Assembly (NCBI GenBank): GCA_043228905.1
Contig: JBHGNT010000014.1
Location: 2,604,001-2,668,000, forward strand
Direction: 5' to 3'
Length of the DNA: 64,000 nt
Source: Azolla caroliniana
Lineage: Eukaryota > Plantae > Polypodiophyta
Positions 47,136 through 60,719 of this stretch are shown piece after piece (position 1 is the stretch's first letter; the number at the start of each line of letters is the position of its first letter). Under the pieces are notes generated by a model, which was not told where the DNA came from, did no database searches, and saw only the letters and a program-made list of their open reading frames with translations. Made by a program: the position numbers and the translations under genes.

Positions 47136-50100
47136 CAGCCGCCGGAGAGAACCCTCAGCAGACAGTTGCATCGCCCGCAACTTCGTGGGGCATCGTTTAT
47201 CTCTGTCCTGTCCTGTCTTTGTCTTGTCTTGCCCTGTCTGTTCATGTCTCCCTCCTTTCGGTGGGCCTCGAGGTACCTCTGATCGAGCTTTTGTATGTAA
47301 GCCCCCAAGTGTGTGTGTGTGTGTGTGTGCGCGCGCACCTTCTGATGGTACCTTTTACGTTCATTCAGCTGGAGCATGATGACGCGGACCCGTGGTTCCA
47401 TTCCTCTGTGGACCGCCCGAAAACGGGATGTACTTCTTGTAACATTCCTTTCATGACCCCATTGTCCTCTAAGGTGTTGGTCCTTGGCACCCACTTGTTT
47501 TATGATGTGTGAAGGGGTTTTTACCCTACGTTGAGATCCTTGTTGTCAAAGTAGAATCAACATGTGCTTTTTCGATATTGTCGTGCTTGCTTCTGCATAT
47601 GACTTTTCATGAAGCGTAAAAAAGGAGCGTCAAAGAGCTTTTTGAACAAACTTGGATTGAGTTTTAACCTTGGTCATCATAAAACCCCTTTTCTTGAACA
47701 AAAAAAAGCTACGTATGAAATACTCAAAAGAGCTTCGAACCTATTCTATATCAAGTTCTAGCTCTAGTCATTCACAATTGGGGAAAATCCTTCATATCAT
47801 TTCCCCAAATGTGACTACATTTCTCATTACTTTTGGGTTACGTGTTTATCTTGGTTGCCCTAAATCCTATAATACCCTTGACATTCCATTCATTCCCCCA
47901 GGGCCCAAACGCTCTTATGTTTTTCATTTCGTCCCTTAACCTATCGCGCTCGAGCAATTCTTTGGTGTTACATTGATTAGTTTCCCACATTTATTCATCC
48001 TCATTTTCTATCCTCGTTGCTAAAAGGCTGGCAAAGATTATTTTCATTAATAATTTTGGTTAGCAATTCATAATCAATACCCCACCCCACGTTATGCTCT
48101 TGATAATTAATTAGTACTTAGGATTTAATGTAGGTTAGCCGTCACAACTTGGTATGAATTAGGACTCAAATGTGAGGCATATTTGCATAGGCTTTTCATA
48201 ATTAGAGTTTTACATCGAGAATTACGTATATTTGAGTAGCGTTTTTGGAGTTACAATAAACTAAAATTTGTTTGCTCCAAGTTTAGACAACTACAAACAT
48301 TGTAACTAATATAGAATTTAGAGTGTGAATTTCTAGTACTACATATTTCATCATGCCTCATAAAATAACTTTCAAATAAAAGGAGGCATTTGATAACACC
48401 TTAACATTGCGGACATCAACTGATTGAAAAGATCACAGTCTAATCACTTTGTGATGGCCAAGTTGCCATCTAGTATAACCAACTACCACCATGTTGCTTC
48501 TCCATATTCGACACACTTTGTGTGGAAGCATGAACTTCTATGAGCATTTGAGGTAAACCTACTTTTTGTTATCATGCATTATAAGTGTATGTGAACATGC
48601 ACACTTACAACCACCTAAAAAACCATGTAGTAAATGATTCATCGTAGGAATAAAAGAAAAGGAAGGGATATGCAAACAATTTGAGAAATGTGATGAAAGT
48701 TTAAAACTCAATAGTCGCAACTTGCAAGTATGTATTAATCTTGTTCTATATAAGGGTAGCCCCAATATATCAACATTGTTTTATGTAAGGTCATCCTTGT
48801 AACAACCATAATTTAGATTGGAGATAATTTATACTAAGCACAAAATTATTCCAAAGGCCATGGAAGAGTACATGAATAGGAATTAAGATACATGTCTTCA
48901 TCGTATGCTTTTATGATTATGGGAATTTATAGAATGATAAAGAACTTATTTTTAAGTTTTGAATGGATCATGTTCTTATATGGTTCTTGAGGAAAGGAGA
49001 ATATGGTTCATGGTATGAAGACACATATTTGTGTGAAACCCATCATGAGAGATGTATGAGCAATGCAACATGGTATACTATCATCAAATTTTAACACGAT
49101 CAATCATTAGTAAGCCTATCAACATGTGTGCAACACAAAGTTTTTAAGTGATGCTTACAATGTTATGTTGGTTGGTACACTTTTTTAATCTAAAGATATA
49201 ATACAAACAGGTGTCCAATTTTTTCATAATGTGTTATTTAAAGGTAATTTTAAGTTCAATGATATGTGCATTCGTGGAACTAGTGTGTGTACAGACAAGC
49301 AAACAAACACAAAATTATAACTATGTCAACTTATAAAGCCTATCCACATCGTTGTTGGATAACAAACACCACAAATATGTCCATTGTACTACTATAAAGT
49401 AGTAAAGTTGGAAATGGTTGCCACTCTTTCAAGCATGTACCGACTCTATGAAATCAATAGTCCATTAAAGTCGATAAACTCTTTGGAAATTATTATTTTC
49501 CCAAGAGCATAGTGTAAAGGGATTGTAGGGTAATGATTGCAACTAAAATGTGAAAAAAGATATCATAAGAAGGGGCCTAAAAAGGATTTTTGATACGTAG
49601 CCACACGATCAAATGGCTCTATCAAATGCAGGTGACAAATATTCCCAAGGAGAAATATTGATAGGAGAACATGATCAACCAATTTCTGGGATAAAGGGAG
49701 TACTTCAATGTCTTTAGAAATGTTACCAATGTATAGTAAGATTTTGTGGTCAACTAAGGTTAAGATATAGAGAGATTGGCATTCTTAATCGCATATTTTA
49801 TAATAAAAGTTGCCTACATCAAGTGCATTAAGTGTTGCCTCTTTGCCCCATCATTTGTCTATTTTGTAAGGCACAAGATGCTCGAGAACACGAAGATGCC
49901 ACTACTCATGTAATAAATTTTACCAATGATAAATTCCAACAATTCAAGGACATTCATGGAAATAGTTACATTGTTTGCATTCCACAAATAGCTTACATAT
50001 CTTATAGTTACAAGATTAACATAAGACCTATCATTTTCTATAAATTTGAATTTCGGGTAGTCGAGATATTCATCTATAATTTCAAATACATATCGAATTT

Positions 50101-52836
50101 CATGTGTGGAAATATCACATAGCAAAAAGAAGCTAGAGGAACCTAATTAAATTTATGTTGGCCCCACATTAAGGCAAACATTATGGAGTGATGATTTTTA
50201 TAGTTTCTAGCTAGTAAAGTACACTTTACTTCCGTTGCTTCTTGGAGCTCTCGCAAGAACCATGTGTGTTCCCTTACCATTGAAATGTTTTGTTTGGATA
50301 TAAATGTATCAAAATTTGGCAAGAGATTATCTTAAATTTTCATAGGTCATTATCTCAAAGCAATAATAAATTAAAGGAGAGACATCTACTTTTTTTGCTT
50401 CAGTGAAAGGGACAACGTGACATTTTTTTAGCCTTTTTTACCCTAAAAAAAGCTTTTCTTGTCAAATCCATGACACTTTTTGTAACACTATCTCATCTTA
50501 CATCAACCACGAATGCATGAATTTATGATGTGGGAATACATGGCAAGCAATGTCATATGTCTACCTTTCTTTATCTTGCACCTATCTACCATTTTATGCT
50601 TTTCAAGGGGGAGCTCTTGAAAACAATGTTTTCTGAGAATGTGGAGTAAGAGCACACCATATCTTATTTGCTATGTACGAGGTTCATTGCCGCAAAAGGG
50701 TTGCAAAAGACAAGTGACCACTTTGAAAAGCTAAAATAATAATCTGCATTTTTGCATCAAAGGGTAAAAGCATGTGAGTGGAAACACTATTATAACTTTA
50801 AATTAGCTGCTAAAATGGCCATAACTATTTAGCGATTTGTTTAGCTAGTTTTTTGTGGGCAAATCATAAGGATCATTTACGAAATTTTATGCTTTATTAG
50901 TTAAATACATGTCATTTAATTTATGAGAATACTCAAAAATTTGAACTTTGGTTTTTGACATAGTGGAACTTGGGGAGTAGTGCCCTCATTTAAACTCGAC
51001 TTGAATGTCACCAAATTCATGTTTAAGGTGAGTTTGAGTTCGAAATCCAAACAGATGGAGTACTCTAAGCACGAACGTAGACAGAGCACTCGTAGCAGCA
51101 CAAAAACTTTGATATCGACATGCACCTTTTGAGTGTTGAGCGGACAAGCTCAATCGGATCTAGATCAGCTAAATAAGCCAAAGCCGGATTGATATTCGGA
51201 ATGGAGAACCGGATCAGTGTCCGGATTGGTATCCCGGATCCGGAACCAAGAGACGTATCGGAGAGCTGGATCAGATCGTCACAGGTAGGCCCTTAGAGGC
51301 CTATGAATCTAGCCTAGTACACAGGCAGATTCCTTGGAGTTAGTGTCAGTCGGTCGTATGAGCATTGAAGTACTCGTCGATACTTCTGCCAGTCCTTTAT
51401 GAGCTTGTATAAAAGTGCTCATTGAGCACATTCTATGTACAAAGTGTTGCTATTATTTTGAATTAGTTTATGCTTTCTGCTCTCCCTGTCTCTCTTGTGT
51501 ATTCTCTGTTCAGCTTCCATTAAACCTTCATTCTCTGTTTCCTGTTGATATCCGGATAAACCAGTTTGTCAAAGCTTCCGCATATTAACTTTCACATGGT
51601 ATCAGAGCGCGAGGGTTGAGAACCTCTGCAGCCGACGGGCGATTACTGAAGACAAACCCTAACACCCAGTAAAGAGTGAAAGATGGACAAAGGTATCGCA
51701 AGCTCGCTTTCGATAGAGAAGCTTGATAAACACAACTATGCATCCTGGTCATACAAGATGCACTAGTATCTGCTCGGACATGGATACTGCAGTTATGTTG
51801 AGGGTGCGAATGAAATAGTGCTGGAGTTGTCACAAAAGGACTTCCCGGTATGGGAGCAAGGAGCGAGCAGGGTTGTTGTACTGCCTTGCGTCCTGTGTGC
51901 ACAACCAGATGCTTGGCTACATCAGAGATGCAAAATCTTCGGAAGATTTTCGTCGCAAGTACCATGACTCAGAAGTTGCAGCTCCGGCAAGAGCTCAACA
52001 ATATCCGACAATGGGACATGTCAGTCACTGACTACACCACCAAGATCAAGGAGATTTGTGACACACTCGATTCCATCAACGTGACGGTGGACGAGGATGA
52101 GATGGTCCAGATTTGCATCGGTGGTCTAGCACAACGGTACGGGCCAATCCAGACGGCAATTTGCACCCGAGGACGAGATGGGTCGGCACGTAATAGCAGT
52201 GGCCGACAAGAGCAAAACCGGAGGCACAGAGATAGTGCTGATAGTAGTTCCGGACCCTCTACAAGCAGGGGGAGTCAAAGAGACGCCGAAAATCGGCAAG
52301 GAAAGGCCGACACAGAATGCTGGTATTGTGGCAAGAAAGGCCACCACGAGAGCGAGTGTTGAAAAAAGCGCATCGATTCAGATAAATCCGGAACCAGTAA
52401 GGTCGGGCAAGGGAGCCAACAAAGTTCACACTACAAGGAGCAGAAGGATCCGGAACCAGAAATACTGGACAAGGGCCAACCTTCGTGATGAAGCACAAGG
52501 CGAACTCAATGAAGAAAACCACATCCGGATTGGAGGAAGTATGGTACGTTGACTCCGGAGCATCTAACTACATGACGAGCCACGAAGAGTGGTTCTCGTT
52601 TCTGGAAAAACCAGAGACGACATTCCTCACCCGATTGTGCATGTCGGAGAAGTCCCTTTAAGCCATGTCGGACAAAAGGGAAAGCTGATGAACGTACTAC
52701 ATGTTTCGACAATCACAAAGAACCTGGTGTTTGTCGGGCAGATCATCAACTATGGGATGTAGGTGTGGTTTACGCACCTCGGGTGCTTCATTGAGGAAGA
52801 GGGCCGGATAATTGCGCAAGAGTGCCGGGATGGGAT

Positions 52837-55800
52837 TGTTGGGAGACAAGGTCGTCTATGCGGAAGATCAAGAAGCATTCGATTCTTTTCTGTACCTGCG
52901 TATGACAGTTTCTAGGTCGTTGCACAGAGAGAGAGAGAGAGAGAGACACACAAAAGACTCTTTATTCCATAAAGCAAATAATACAACACCCAACCTTACA
53001 AGAAGGTTACAAGGTCACTATATATAGTGACCGACTTAGGGCAACTACCATTTATGCTAATTACACAAATGGCCCGAAGGGATAGTGTGAATACGTCCAT
53101 TATACACTTGTATTCGACACTCCCCCGTAATGGGCGTATACATGGGTTATCTAAGATTACAGGTATAAACTTAGGTTCTCGGACATATCAGTTTTTGTTC
53201 GAGTCGGCAGGGTCCGAAGGCAGAAGACCGAACTGGTCGGGTCGGAAGAGTTGAAGCCGATCATTAAGGAACTGATGTCGGTTGTCGGAAACCATCCTGC
53301 GCTGTGTCCGGCTCTAACCGGATTGGTTTGTCGTTACGCCCATCTGATGCCGAAGAGACCGAAAGCGGTCTGCCGAAAGACACTTGGTCATTCCATCTGC
53401 GACATTGTCGGTTGTGGATATTTTCTCTAGACCGATTTTCCCTGAGATGACGCAGTCCCGAACGAAGTGATATCGAACGTCGATATGTTTGGAGGCGTTG
53501 TGGTGAACCGGATTTTTCGACAGGGCAACAACACCTTGACTGTCGCTATAGACAACTGGGGTCGAGTCATGATCGACTTGCCGAAACGTGTGCGCCAGCC
53601 GACCGAGCCATAAGGCTTCTTTTGCTGCATCGGACGCAGCTACATATTCTGCTTCGGTCGTTGAGGTCGCTGTGCACTCCTGAAGTTTCGACTTCCACGA
53701 AATTGCTCCATTGCCGAATTTGAAGCAGTATCCGGTTGTTGATTTCCGACTGTCTATACAGCCGGCGAAGTCCGAGTCGGTGTAACCGACTACGCCTGAG
53801 GTTCGGTTCGGACCGAAGAGAATGCCGTGGTCTTTTGTGCCAGCCAGATATCTGAACACATGCTTGACTGCGTTCCAATGCGATCGGCCGGGATTGTGCA
53901 TAAATCTGCTAACGACTCCTACGGCGTGAGAAATATCAGGCCGTGTTGCGACCATCAGGTACATAAGGGAGCCGACTGCCGGTGCATACGGTACCGACTT
54001 CATATCTTCCCCCTCCGGGCCGGATGTCGGGCAGTCTCGCTGAGAGAGCCGAAGATTCATGGGGAGCGGGGTTGAAGCAGATTTGGCTGATTGCATGTTG
54101 AAGCGTTCCAAGACACGTCGGATATAGTCGGCCTGAGACAAAAAAAGATGTCGTTTATCGCGATGCCGACTAATCTTCATGCCGAGTATGTGTCGTGCCG
54201 GACCGAGGTCCTTCATGGCAAACTTCAACCGCAGTTGCCGAATGAGATCGGCAAGTTCGCCCGCGTGGCGTCCAGAAATTAGCATGTCGTCCACGTAAAT
54301 GATGAGGAAGATGGGTGATCCATCTTGAGCTGTGTTGGTGAAGAGACAATGGTCCTCATCGCTTTTTGAGAAGCCGATCGATTGGATGAAGTCGTCGAAC
54401 TTCTTGTACCATTGTCGTGGTGCCTGTTTGAGGCCGTATAGACTCTTCCTGAGTCGGCAGACTAGATGTTCTTGGCCAGTTGCCACGAAGCCTTTTGGCT
54501 GCTCCATATAAATTTCCTCTTCAAGATCACCATGGAGGAATGCTGTTTTGACATCTAGCTGAATTAGCTCCAGGTTGTCGGCTGCCACTACGCCGAGTAG
54601 AAAACGAAGGGTTGTCATTTTCACCACTGGTGAAAAAATCTCGTCGAAGTCGACGCCATATTCTTGTCGGAAGCCCTTCGCAACTAATCTGGCCTTGTAC
54701 TTTGGGGTGGTCGAATCAGACGTCTCTTTTAGTCGATAAACCCACTTGCAAGGAAGAGCACGTCGATTCTTAGGTAATTCGACCAGATCCCAAGTCTTGT
54801 TTGCCCGAATGGAGTGCATTTCTGACTCCATCGCCAGATGCCAGGTGGCTGAATCGACAGATGTCGATGCTTCTTCGTAAGACGTCGGTTCGCCGACGTC
54901 GGTGAAGAAAATTCCAGGAGAATACCTCTCCGGAGGTTGCGACAGTCTCTCGGATCGTCGAGGTATGATTGGACTGGTCGCATCGGGTATCGAGGTCGGA
55001 TGGTCCGAAAGCGGATTGTTCTGCTGTGCCGAGTCGGGGTTGTCCGAGTCGGTAGTGTAAGGTTCAGCTACCCGTGAAGCTGACCGTGTGTTAAGAGCGG
55101 GGCCTTCTTGAAGGGTCGGCACATCAGAAAATGTTACCCTTCGGACTTCGATCGGTTTTTCGACTGATGGATTCATAGCCGACTCGTTGAACACAACGTC
55201 CGAACTTCGGACGATTTGTCTGCGTTTGGGATCCCAGAGTCGGTATCCCATTTCGCCGTCGGATCCATATCCAAGGAAAATGCATTTCTTGGACCGAGGT
55301 GCAAGTTTTCGGCGATCATCTTTCGGAATAAGGGCGTACGCCTCGCATCCGAAGATCCTCAGCTTGTCGTAATTCGGCTTACTGCCGATCCATAGTTCCT
55401 GAGGAATTTGAAGTCCTAGAGGTCTACTTGGCGACATATTGATTATGTGTACTGCCGTGAGTAGAGCCTCTGCCCAGAAGCCATCCGACAGTCTGGAGTG
55501 TTGGAGCATGGAAACTATCCGTTCTTGGATTGTCCGATTCATGCGTTCGGCAATCTCGTTTTGCTCCGGGCTGTGTGGTGCCGTAAATTCACGTCGGATG
55601 CCGCGTTGTCGGCAGAATTTGACGAATTCTTCGGATTTGAACTCTCCCCCATTGTCTGTCCGAAAGCATTTCAGCTTTCGGTCGGTTTGATTTTCTACCA
55701 TAGCGAGCCAATCGGTGAAGATCGAGAAGACACGATCTTTGGTGCGAATTGGATAAGCCCACACCTTTCGAGTCGAATCGTCAATAAAACTGACGAAGTA

Positions 55801-58306
55801 AGAGGCACCGCCTAGAGACTGATGCGGCATTGGGCCACAGACGTCCGAATGGACTAAATCGAGAGGTCTCGTTTCTCTTGGTGCTGATGTCGGGTGTGAT
55901 GCGGCTGCTTGTTTGCCATACTGGCAATGCTCGCAGAATTGATGGTCGGAGAAGGAGAGTTTGGGGATGTATCCGGCTCTAGATAGATGCGTAATGCCGG
56001 CCTTGCTGAGGTGTCCTAATCTTCGGTGCCATAGTGATGACACAGGAATATCCACCAAAAACAGGTTACCCTCTCTGAGCGTAACATGTAACGGATACAG
56101 TGAGTGTATCTTGGGTCCTCTAGCAAGCAGGAGGTTCCCCCTGTGGAGTGTCCACCCTCCCGAAGAAAAACCGGCACGAATGCCGTCTTCATCTAGTTGT
56201 CCGACTGAGATCAATGGCCTTGAGAGCTCGGGTACATGTCGGACATTGTGAAGTACAAGTGTAGAGCCACCTGCAAGGTTGAGCTCTACTGTGCCGATTC
56301 CGATGATGTCACAGTGTTGTGAGTTGCCGACTCGAACTGAGTTGGAGTGACGGATCGTATATTGCCGAAATTGGGATCTATGAGGAGTCACGTGAAATGA
56401 CGCACCCGAATCCAAGAGCCATGTGCTCGATTCTTCAGTCGTGAGCAGAACTTCTGAGCCGACTGGATTTTCGATTGATAGTATATTCGGGTCGTTTGGT
56501 AGCACATCAGCTGAGAAGCTGACGTAATTGATCTCCTCATGCCGGCCACTCTTCTTGTTGTTCTTGTTCTTGAGTGCGCGGCAGTCGGCTTTGATGTGTC
56601 CGGGTTTCTTGCAATAGTTGTAGATTCGGTTATCCCGTGACTGGCTCCGTCTTCGCTGATTGTTCGGCGGCCGTGAGGAATCTCTTCCTCGTATGTTCGA
56701 TCGGTCTGTCGAACCTTGTACTACGTAAGCGTCGTCTGTTGAGTCTTTGGCGAAAGACTTTCTCCGAGCTGCTTCGGTCAGGATTGCGCTCGTGACTTCG
56801 GAGTATTTAACAGCCGTGGTTGACGCGTTGCACACGGTTGTGACGAAAGTTTCCCATGATGAGGGAAGGCTACTCATGAGTATCATTGCTCTGAGTTCAT
56901 CCTCGATTGCCGTCCCCTGTGACGAGATTTGGGAGGTTATGCTTTCGTACTCATTGAGGTGTGCTTGAACCGAATCGGATTCTTTCATCCGCAAGTTGTA
57001 GAGGCGCCGGATCAGAAACATCTTCGTTGCGGCGACCTTCTTTTCGTAAGTGTCCGACAGTGTTTTCCACAGTTCGAATGCTGTCGTACACGATTGCACC
57101 GTAAAGTATACCGATTCCGATAGGTGCATCCGAATCGTGGCGCGGACGATTCTGTCCAGCTTCTGCCACTCAATTGGTTTGTATCCTTCTGGAGGTTCTT
57201 CATTTTCGATGGGATCGATTTGCCCCTTGACTATGAGATAGTCCTGCATTTGTTCCTTCCAGAAGTTGAAGTTAGATCCATCGAACTTTCGTAGACTCAT
57301 TTCTGACGAGCCGGATGTTGATGCCATCAAATTTGGTTTCGGTTGACGAAGCTCGGTTCGGAGTTGACTACAAACCTTGTTGGAGTGCAGCCGGTTGGCT
57401 CACCCGATATCGTTCTAGTCGGATTTGAACCCGAGTCGGTTCGGCTTCGGATATATGTATTGTTGAACTTGCTCGAATTGACTCCGGTAACTTGAGGGAC
57501 AGAACCGACTGGTCTTCCCGAATGTTGCCGAATCGGAGTGAGCCCGGTTCGCTTCGGATATATATGCCGAATGCCGATTATTGAAACCGATTGTCTGGAC
57601 CGATTCTGCTTCGGGTGGCTGCAGCGACGAGAGAGACAGATCCAACTGATCCTCTCGAATGTCGATCAGCCGGATGAAGCACGAATTGGGGTTGTTGTCT
57701 TGAGACCGATCTGCACCGAGTGGTTACAAAGAGCGGCGAGCAGCGTTTGATGACCTCTTCGGATGCCGTTTAACCGAGTGGAGCACGATCGTGTCAATGT
57801 TGCACAAGGGGATTTCACCTCGAGCGGTTACGATCACAAGGAACAGAGTACAACCTGTTGGCTTACTCCAAGCGAAGATGATCTAACGCGATGAGATGCG
57901 AGCCTCATTTTTCTTCTTCTTCTCTTTTCTTCGAATGACGCAAGAAACCGAATGTTGTGCAGGCTGAGACGACGTCCGACAACGGATTGAAGGACCGAAT
58001 ACTGTGCATGCTCTGATACCAGATGTTGGGAGACAAGGTCGTCTATGCGGAAGATCAAGAAGCATTCGATTCTTTTCTGTACCTGCGTATGACAGTTTCT
58101 AGGTCGTTGCACAGAGAGAGAGAGAGAGACACACACACAAAAGACTCTTTATTCCATAAAGCAAATAATACAACACCCAACCTTACAAGAAGGTTACAAG
58201 GTCACTATATATAGTGACCGACTTAGGGCAACTACCATTTATGCTAATTACACAAATGGCCCGAAGGGATAGTGTGAATACGTCCATTATACACTTGTAT
58301 TCGACA
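52837..58306 (-). mobile_element. Intact Ty1/Copia element (family D) with 283-bp LTRs at 52837-53119 and 58024-58306
   Basis: TSD GGGAT at 52832-52836 and 58307-58311. PBS at 58010-58021 and PPT at 53120-53126. The LTRs differ visibly only at the (GA)n/(CA)n boundary. Confidence 0.97.
53314..57327 (-). CDS. Copia gag-pol polyprotein, about 1337 aa, uninterrupted
   Basis: KFDGSNFNFWK gag, WLLDSGASFHV protease, WHRRLGH/CEHC, HSDVCGP, TDNGGEF integrase, QLDVKTAFL/IYVDDML RT, YTDSDFAG RNase H. Confidence 0.96.
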   Translation of the reverse strand: MASTSGSSEMSLRKFDGSNFNFWKEQMQDYLIVKGQIDPIENEEPPEGYKPIEWQKLDRIVRATIRMHLSESVYFTVQSCTTAFELWKTLSDTYEKKVAATKMFLIRRLYNLRMKESDSVQAHLNEYESITSQISSQGTAIEDELRAMILMSSLPSSWETFVTTVCNASTTAVKYSEVTSAILTEAARRKSFAKDSTDDAYVVQGSTDRSNIRGRDSSRPPNNQRRRSQSRDNRIYNYCKKPGHIKADCRALKNKNNKKSGRHEEINYVSFSADVLPNDPNILSIENPVGSEVLLTTEESSTWLLDSGASFHVTPHRSQFRQYTIRHSNSVRVGNSQHCDIIGIGTVELNLAGGSTLVLHNVRHVPELSRPLISVGQLDEDGIRAGFSSGGWTLHRGNLLLARGPKIHSLYPLHVTLREGNLFLVDIPVSSLWHRRLGHLSKAGITHLSRAGYIPKLSFSDHQFCEHCQYGKQAAASHPTSAPRETRPLDLVHSDVCGPMPHQSLGGASYFVSFIDDSTRKVWAYPIRTKDRVFSIFTDWLAMVENQTDRKLKCFRTDNGGEFKSEEFVKFCRQRGIRREFTAPHSPEQNEIAERMNRTIQERIVSMLQHSRLSDGFWAEALLTAVHIINMSPSRPLGLQIPQELWIGSKPNYDKLRIFGCEAYALIPKDDRRKLAPRSKKCIFLGYGSDGEMGYRLWDPKRRQIVRSSDVVFNESAMNPSVEKPIEVRRVTFSDVPTLQEGPALNTRSASRVAEPYTTDSDNPDSAQQNNPLSDHPTSIPDATSPIIPRRSERLSQPPERYSPGIFFTDVGEPTSYEEASTSVDSATWHLAMESEMHSIRANKTWDLVELPKNRRALPCKWVYRLKETSDSTTPKYKARLVAKGFRQEYGVDFDEIFSPVVKMTTLRFLLGVVAADNLELIQLDVKTAFLHGDLEEEIYMEQPKGFVATGQEHLVCRLRKSLYGLKQAPRQWYKKFDDFIQSIGFSKSDEDHCLFTNTAQDGSPIFLIIYVDDMLISGRHAGELADLIRQLRLKFAMKDLGPARHILGMKISRHRDKRHLFLSQADYIRRVLERFNMQSAKSASTPLPMNLRLSQRDCPTSGPEGEDMKSVPYAPAVGSLMYLMVATRPDISHAVGVVSRFMHNPGRSHWNAVKHVFRYLAGTKDHGILFGPNRTSGVVGYTDSDFAGCIDSRKSTTGYCFKFGNGAISWKSKLQECTATSTTEAEYVAASDAAKEALWLGRLAHTFRQVDHDSTPVVYSDSQGVVALSKNPVHHNASKHIDVRYHFVRDCVISGKIGLEKISTTDNVADGMTKCLSADRFRSLRHQMGVTTNQSG

Positions 58307-60719
58307 GGGATGATGTTTATCCTCGACACAAATTACGTTGGCACTGCCTTGTTTGCCAAAGGACAGAAGATCAAAAGAGTTGTATTTCGTACGGAAGCCG
58401 AACTTGAGGCACCTTAGGATATTCAGTAGCATAGCCTATGTGCATGTACTGGATGAGAAACAGAGGAAGTTGGACCCAAAGTTGGAGAAATGCATACTAG
58501 TCAGCTACTCTCATGAGGAGAAGGGGTATAAGTGCTATAACCCCCGGACAAAGACAATCCGAGTAAACCGAAATGTTGAGTTCGATGAATCAGCATCATG
58601 GTACTCTCTACCGACTCCAACTCCTGACTACGACCCGATTCCGGAAGATGAGGCTAGCGAGCCCGAATCGATCCAGGCAAAAGATGAGAATTTCTTTGGT
58701 ACTCGAAGAGAGTCCGTTCTCATTCCGGCTAAGTGGGCCGAATGGGTGACTGAGTTGGAATGATCAGTTAGATGAAGAGCTGACGAGTAGTGGAGACTCA
58801 ACTGTGTTCTCCCCGCGTAAGGAAAAGGAAACGGTTCACACACAAGGAAAAGGGGAAGAAGAAGATGCCGGAGTACGGCACTGGTAGAGACGAGTCAGAT
58901 CAAAGTGAATCCGACTTCGGAAAGAAAGAGGACGAACCTTCAGAAATGAAGTCCAAGCCGGCCAAGAGGGCCCTCAAATCGGCTAACGAGAAGTTACGCA
59001 AGAACCCTGTAAAACGGTATGGGTACAATGAGTACATGGCACATCACTATGCGTACATGACGAAAGTGGCGGAAGTGTGTGAGCCGGAGAGCTACATAGA
59101 AGCGGCAAAAGACACGAATTGGCGTGCCGCAATGGAGGAAGAAATGCGGGCACTAGATTCTAGTGACACATGTGACTTGGTTGACCCTCCCCGACATTGC
59201 AAACCGATTGGTTGCAAGTGAGTGTACAAAGTCAAGTATAATGTTCATGGTTTGGTCAACCGGTACAAGGCCCGATTAGTGGCAAACGGATACGTGCAGA
59301 CCCATGGAATCGACTACGATGAGACCTTCGCTCTGGTAGCGAAGATGACAAGGTCCGTGTGGTGTTGGCAGTCGTTGCGGCAAGGGGGTGCCATCTTCAC
59401 CAAATGGATGTGAAGAATTCATTTCTTTAAGGTGATCTTGAAGAAAAAGTCGATATGATCCAATCCCCCAGATTTGAGTTAGAGATGAACAAGCCAAAAG
59501 TGTGCCGACTCAATAGGTCGCTTTACGGTCTGATGCAAGCCTCCCAAGCTTGGAATGCGAAAATCACGCAGCGGTTGCGTAAGATGGGGTTTGCGACCTC
59601 CAAATCTGATTCTTCACTATTCAACCGGAAAGGTCCGGATGGTTCGATATGTATCCTACTATATGTAGATGATCTAGTGATCACCGAACCCGGGCTCGAT
59701 GAAATCGGCTGAGTGAGGTCCTAACTATAAGACGCATTTGAAATGAAGGACTTGGGGGACCTTCATTATTTTCTTGAGATCGAGGTGATCCATACCCCCG
59801 ACGACATATTGCTCTCACAATGACATTATATGCTGAATATGTTGTACAAGTTCGGCATGACGGATTGTCGACCGATCTCCACACCCCTGGACCGGAACCT
59901 AAAGCTTCGTCCCAACTCCGGAGCGGCTTGCAACGAGACACGATTCCGACAAATCGTCGAAAGCCTGATATATCTCACTATCACAGTTTATGCAGAAGCT
60001 GACCGTGGAGCATCTTCAATGCATGCACCGGATACTCCGGTATGTTAGCGGCACTAAGGACAAGGGATTGTTATACCGACACGGTATAGCTGAAAAGCTA
60101 GTCGGATATACAGACGCCGATTGGGCCGGAAATGTGTCGGATTGACGACCCACTTCTGGATTCACGTTCCCTCTAGGTAGCGCGACTGTTGTGTGGAGCA
60201 GCAAAAAGCAACCAACAGTGGCTTTGTCGTGCACTTAGGCTAAATATCAGGGACCTACTATTGCCACATGTGAAGCCATCTAGCTTCGGAGGTTGCTTCA
60301 AGACTTCCGGATTGAGGTACTGACCCTAACCTTGATCTATTGTGACAACGTAAGTAGCATAGAGCTCACGAAGAACCCCGTATTTCATGCTCGGACAAAG
60401 CACACAGAAGTACATTATCATTTTTGCGTGAGCAGGTTCTGAGTGGTGATGTTGAACTTCGGTATGTTCACATGGATTGGCAGGTTGCTCACATCTTCAT
60501 CAAGCTGCTCGGATCAGACAAGTTGCAACACTTCTCGGAGATGCTTGGTCTACAACATCTCGATGTGCCGCACTTAAGGGGGCGAATGGAGACAATGGAG
60601 ATAGGTAATGGCACCGGACAAGGAACCGAAGAGAAAGAGAGAACCAAGACAGGGGGAGACAAGAAGAAAAAGGAAGCCAAGTCGACCAAAGGAGTTGGCA
60701 CATCCGGACAGGTTGGAGG

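Larger units (their letters stand above)
51134..60719 (+). mobile_element. Ty1/Copia family B, copy 2 (degenerate): 5' LTR 51134-51596, PBS 51597-51608, split by element D and cut on the right by element A2
   Basis: LTR homologous to 5517-5927 and TGGTATCAGAGC PBS. Gag with CWYCGKKGHHESEC. RT/RNase H remnants at 59034-60580. The integrase core is missing at about 58370. Confidence 0.9.

Noticed and set aside
46902-47512. Several overlapping ORFs upstream of TEN1
   Set aside because: They are low-complexity translations of microsatellites.
47950-51130. AT-rich stretch that may be a decayed coding or transposon relic
   Set aside because: Trial translations gave no recognisable motif, TIR or TSD. 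A translated profile search would be needed.
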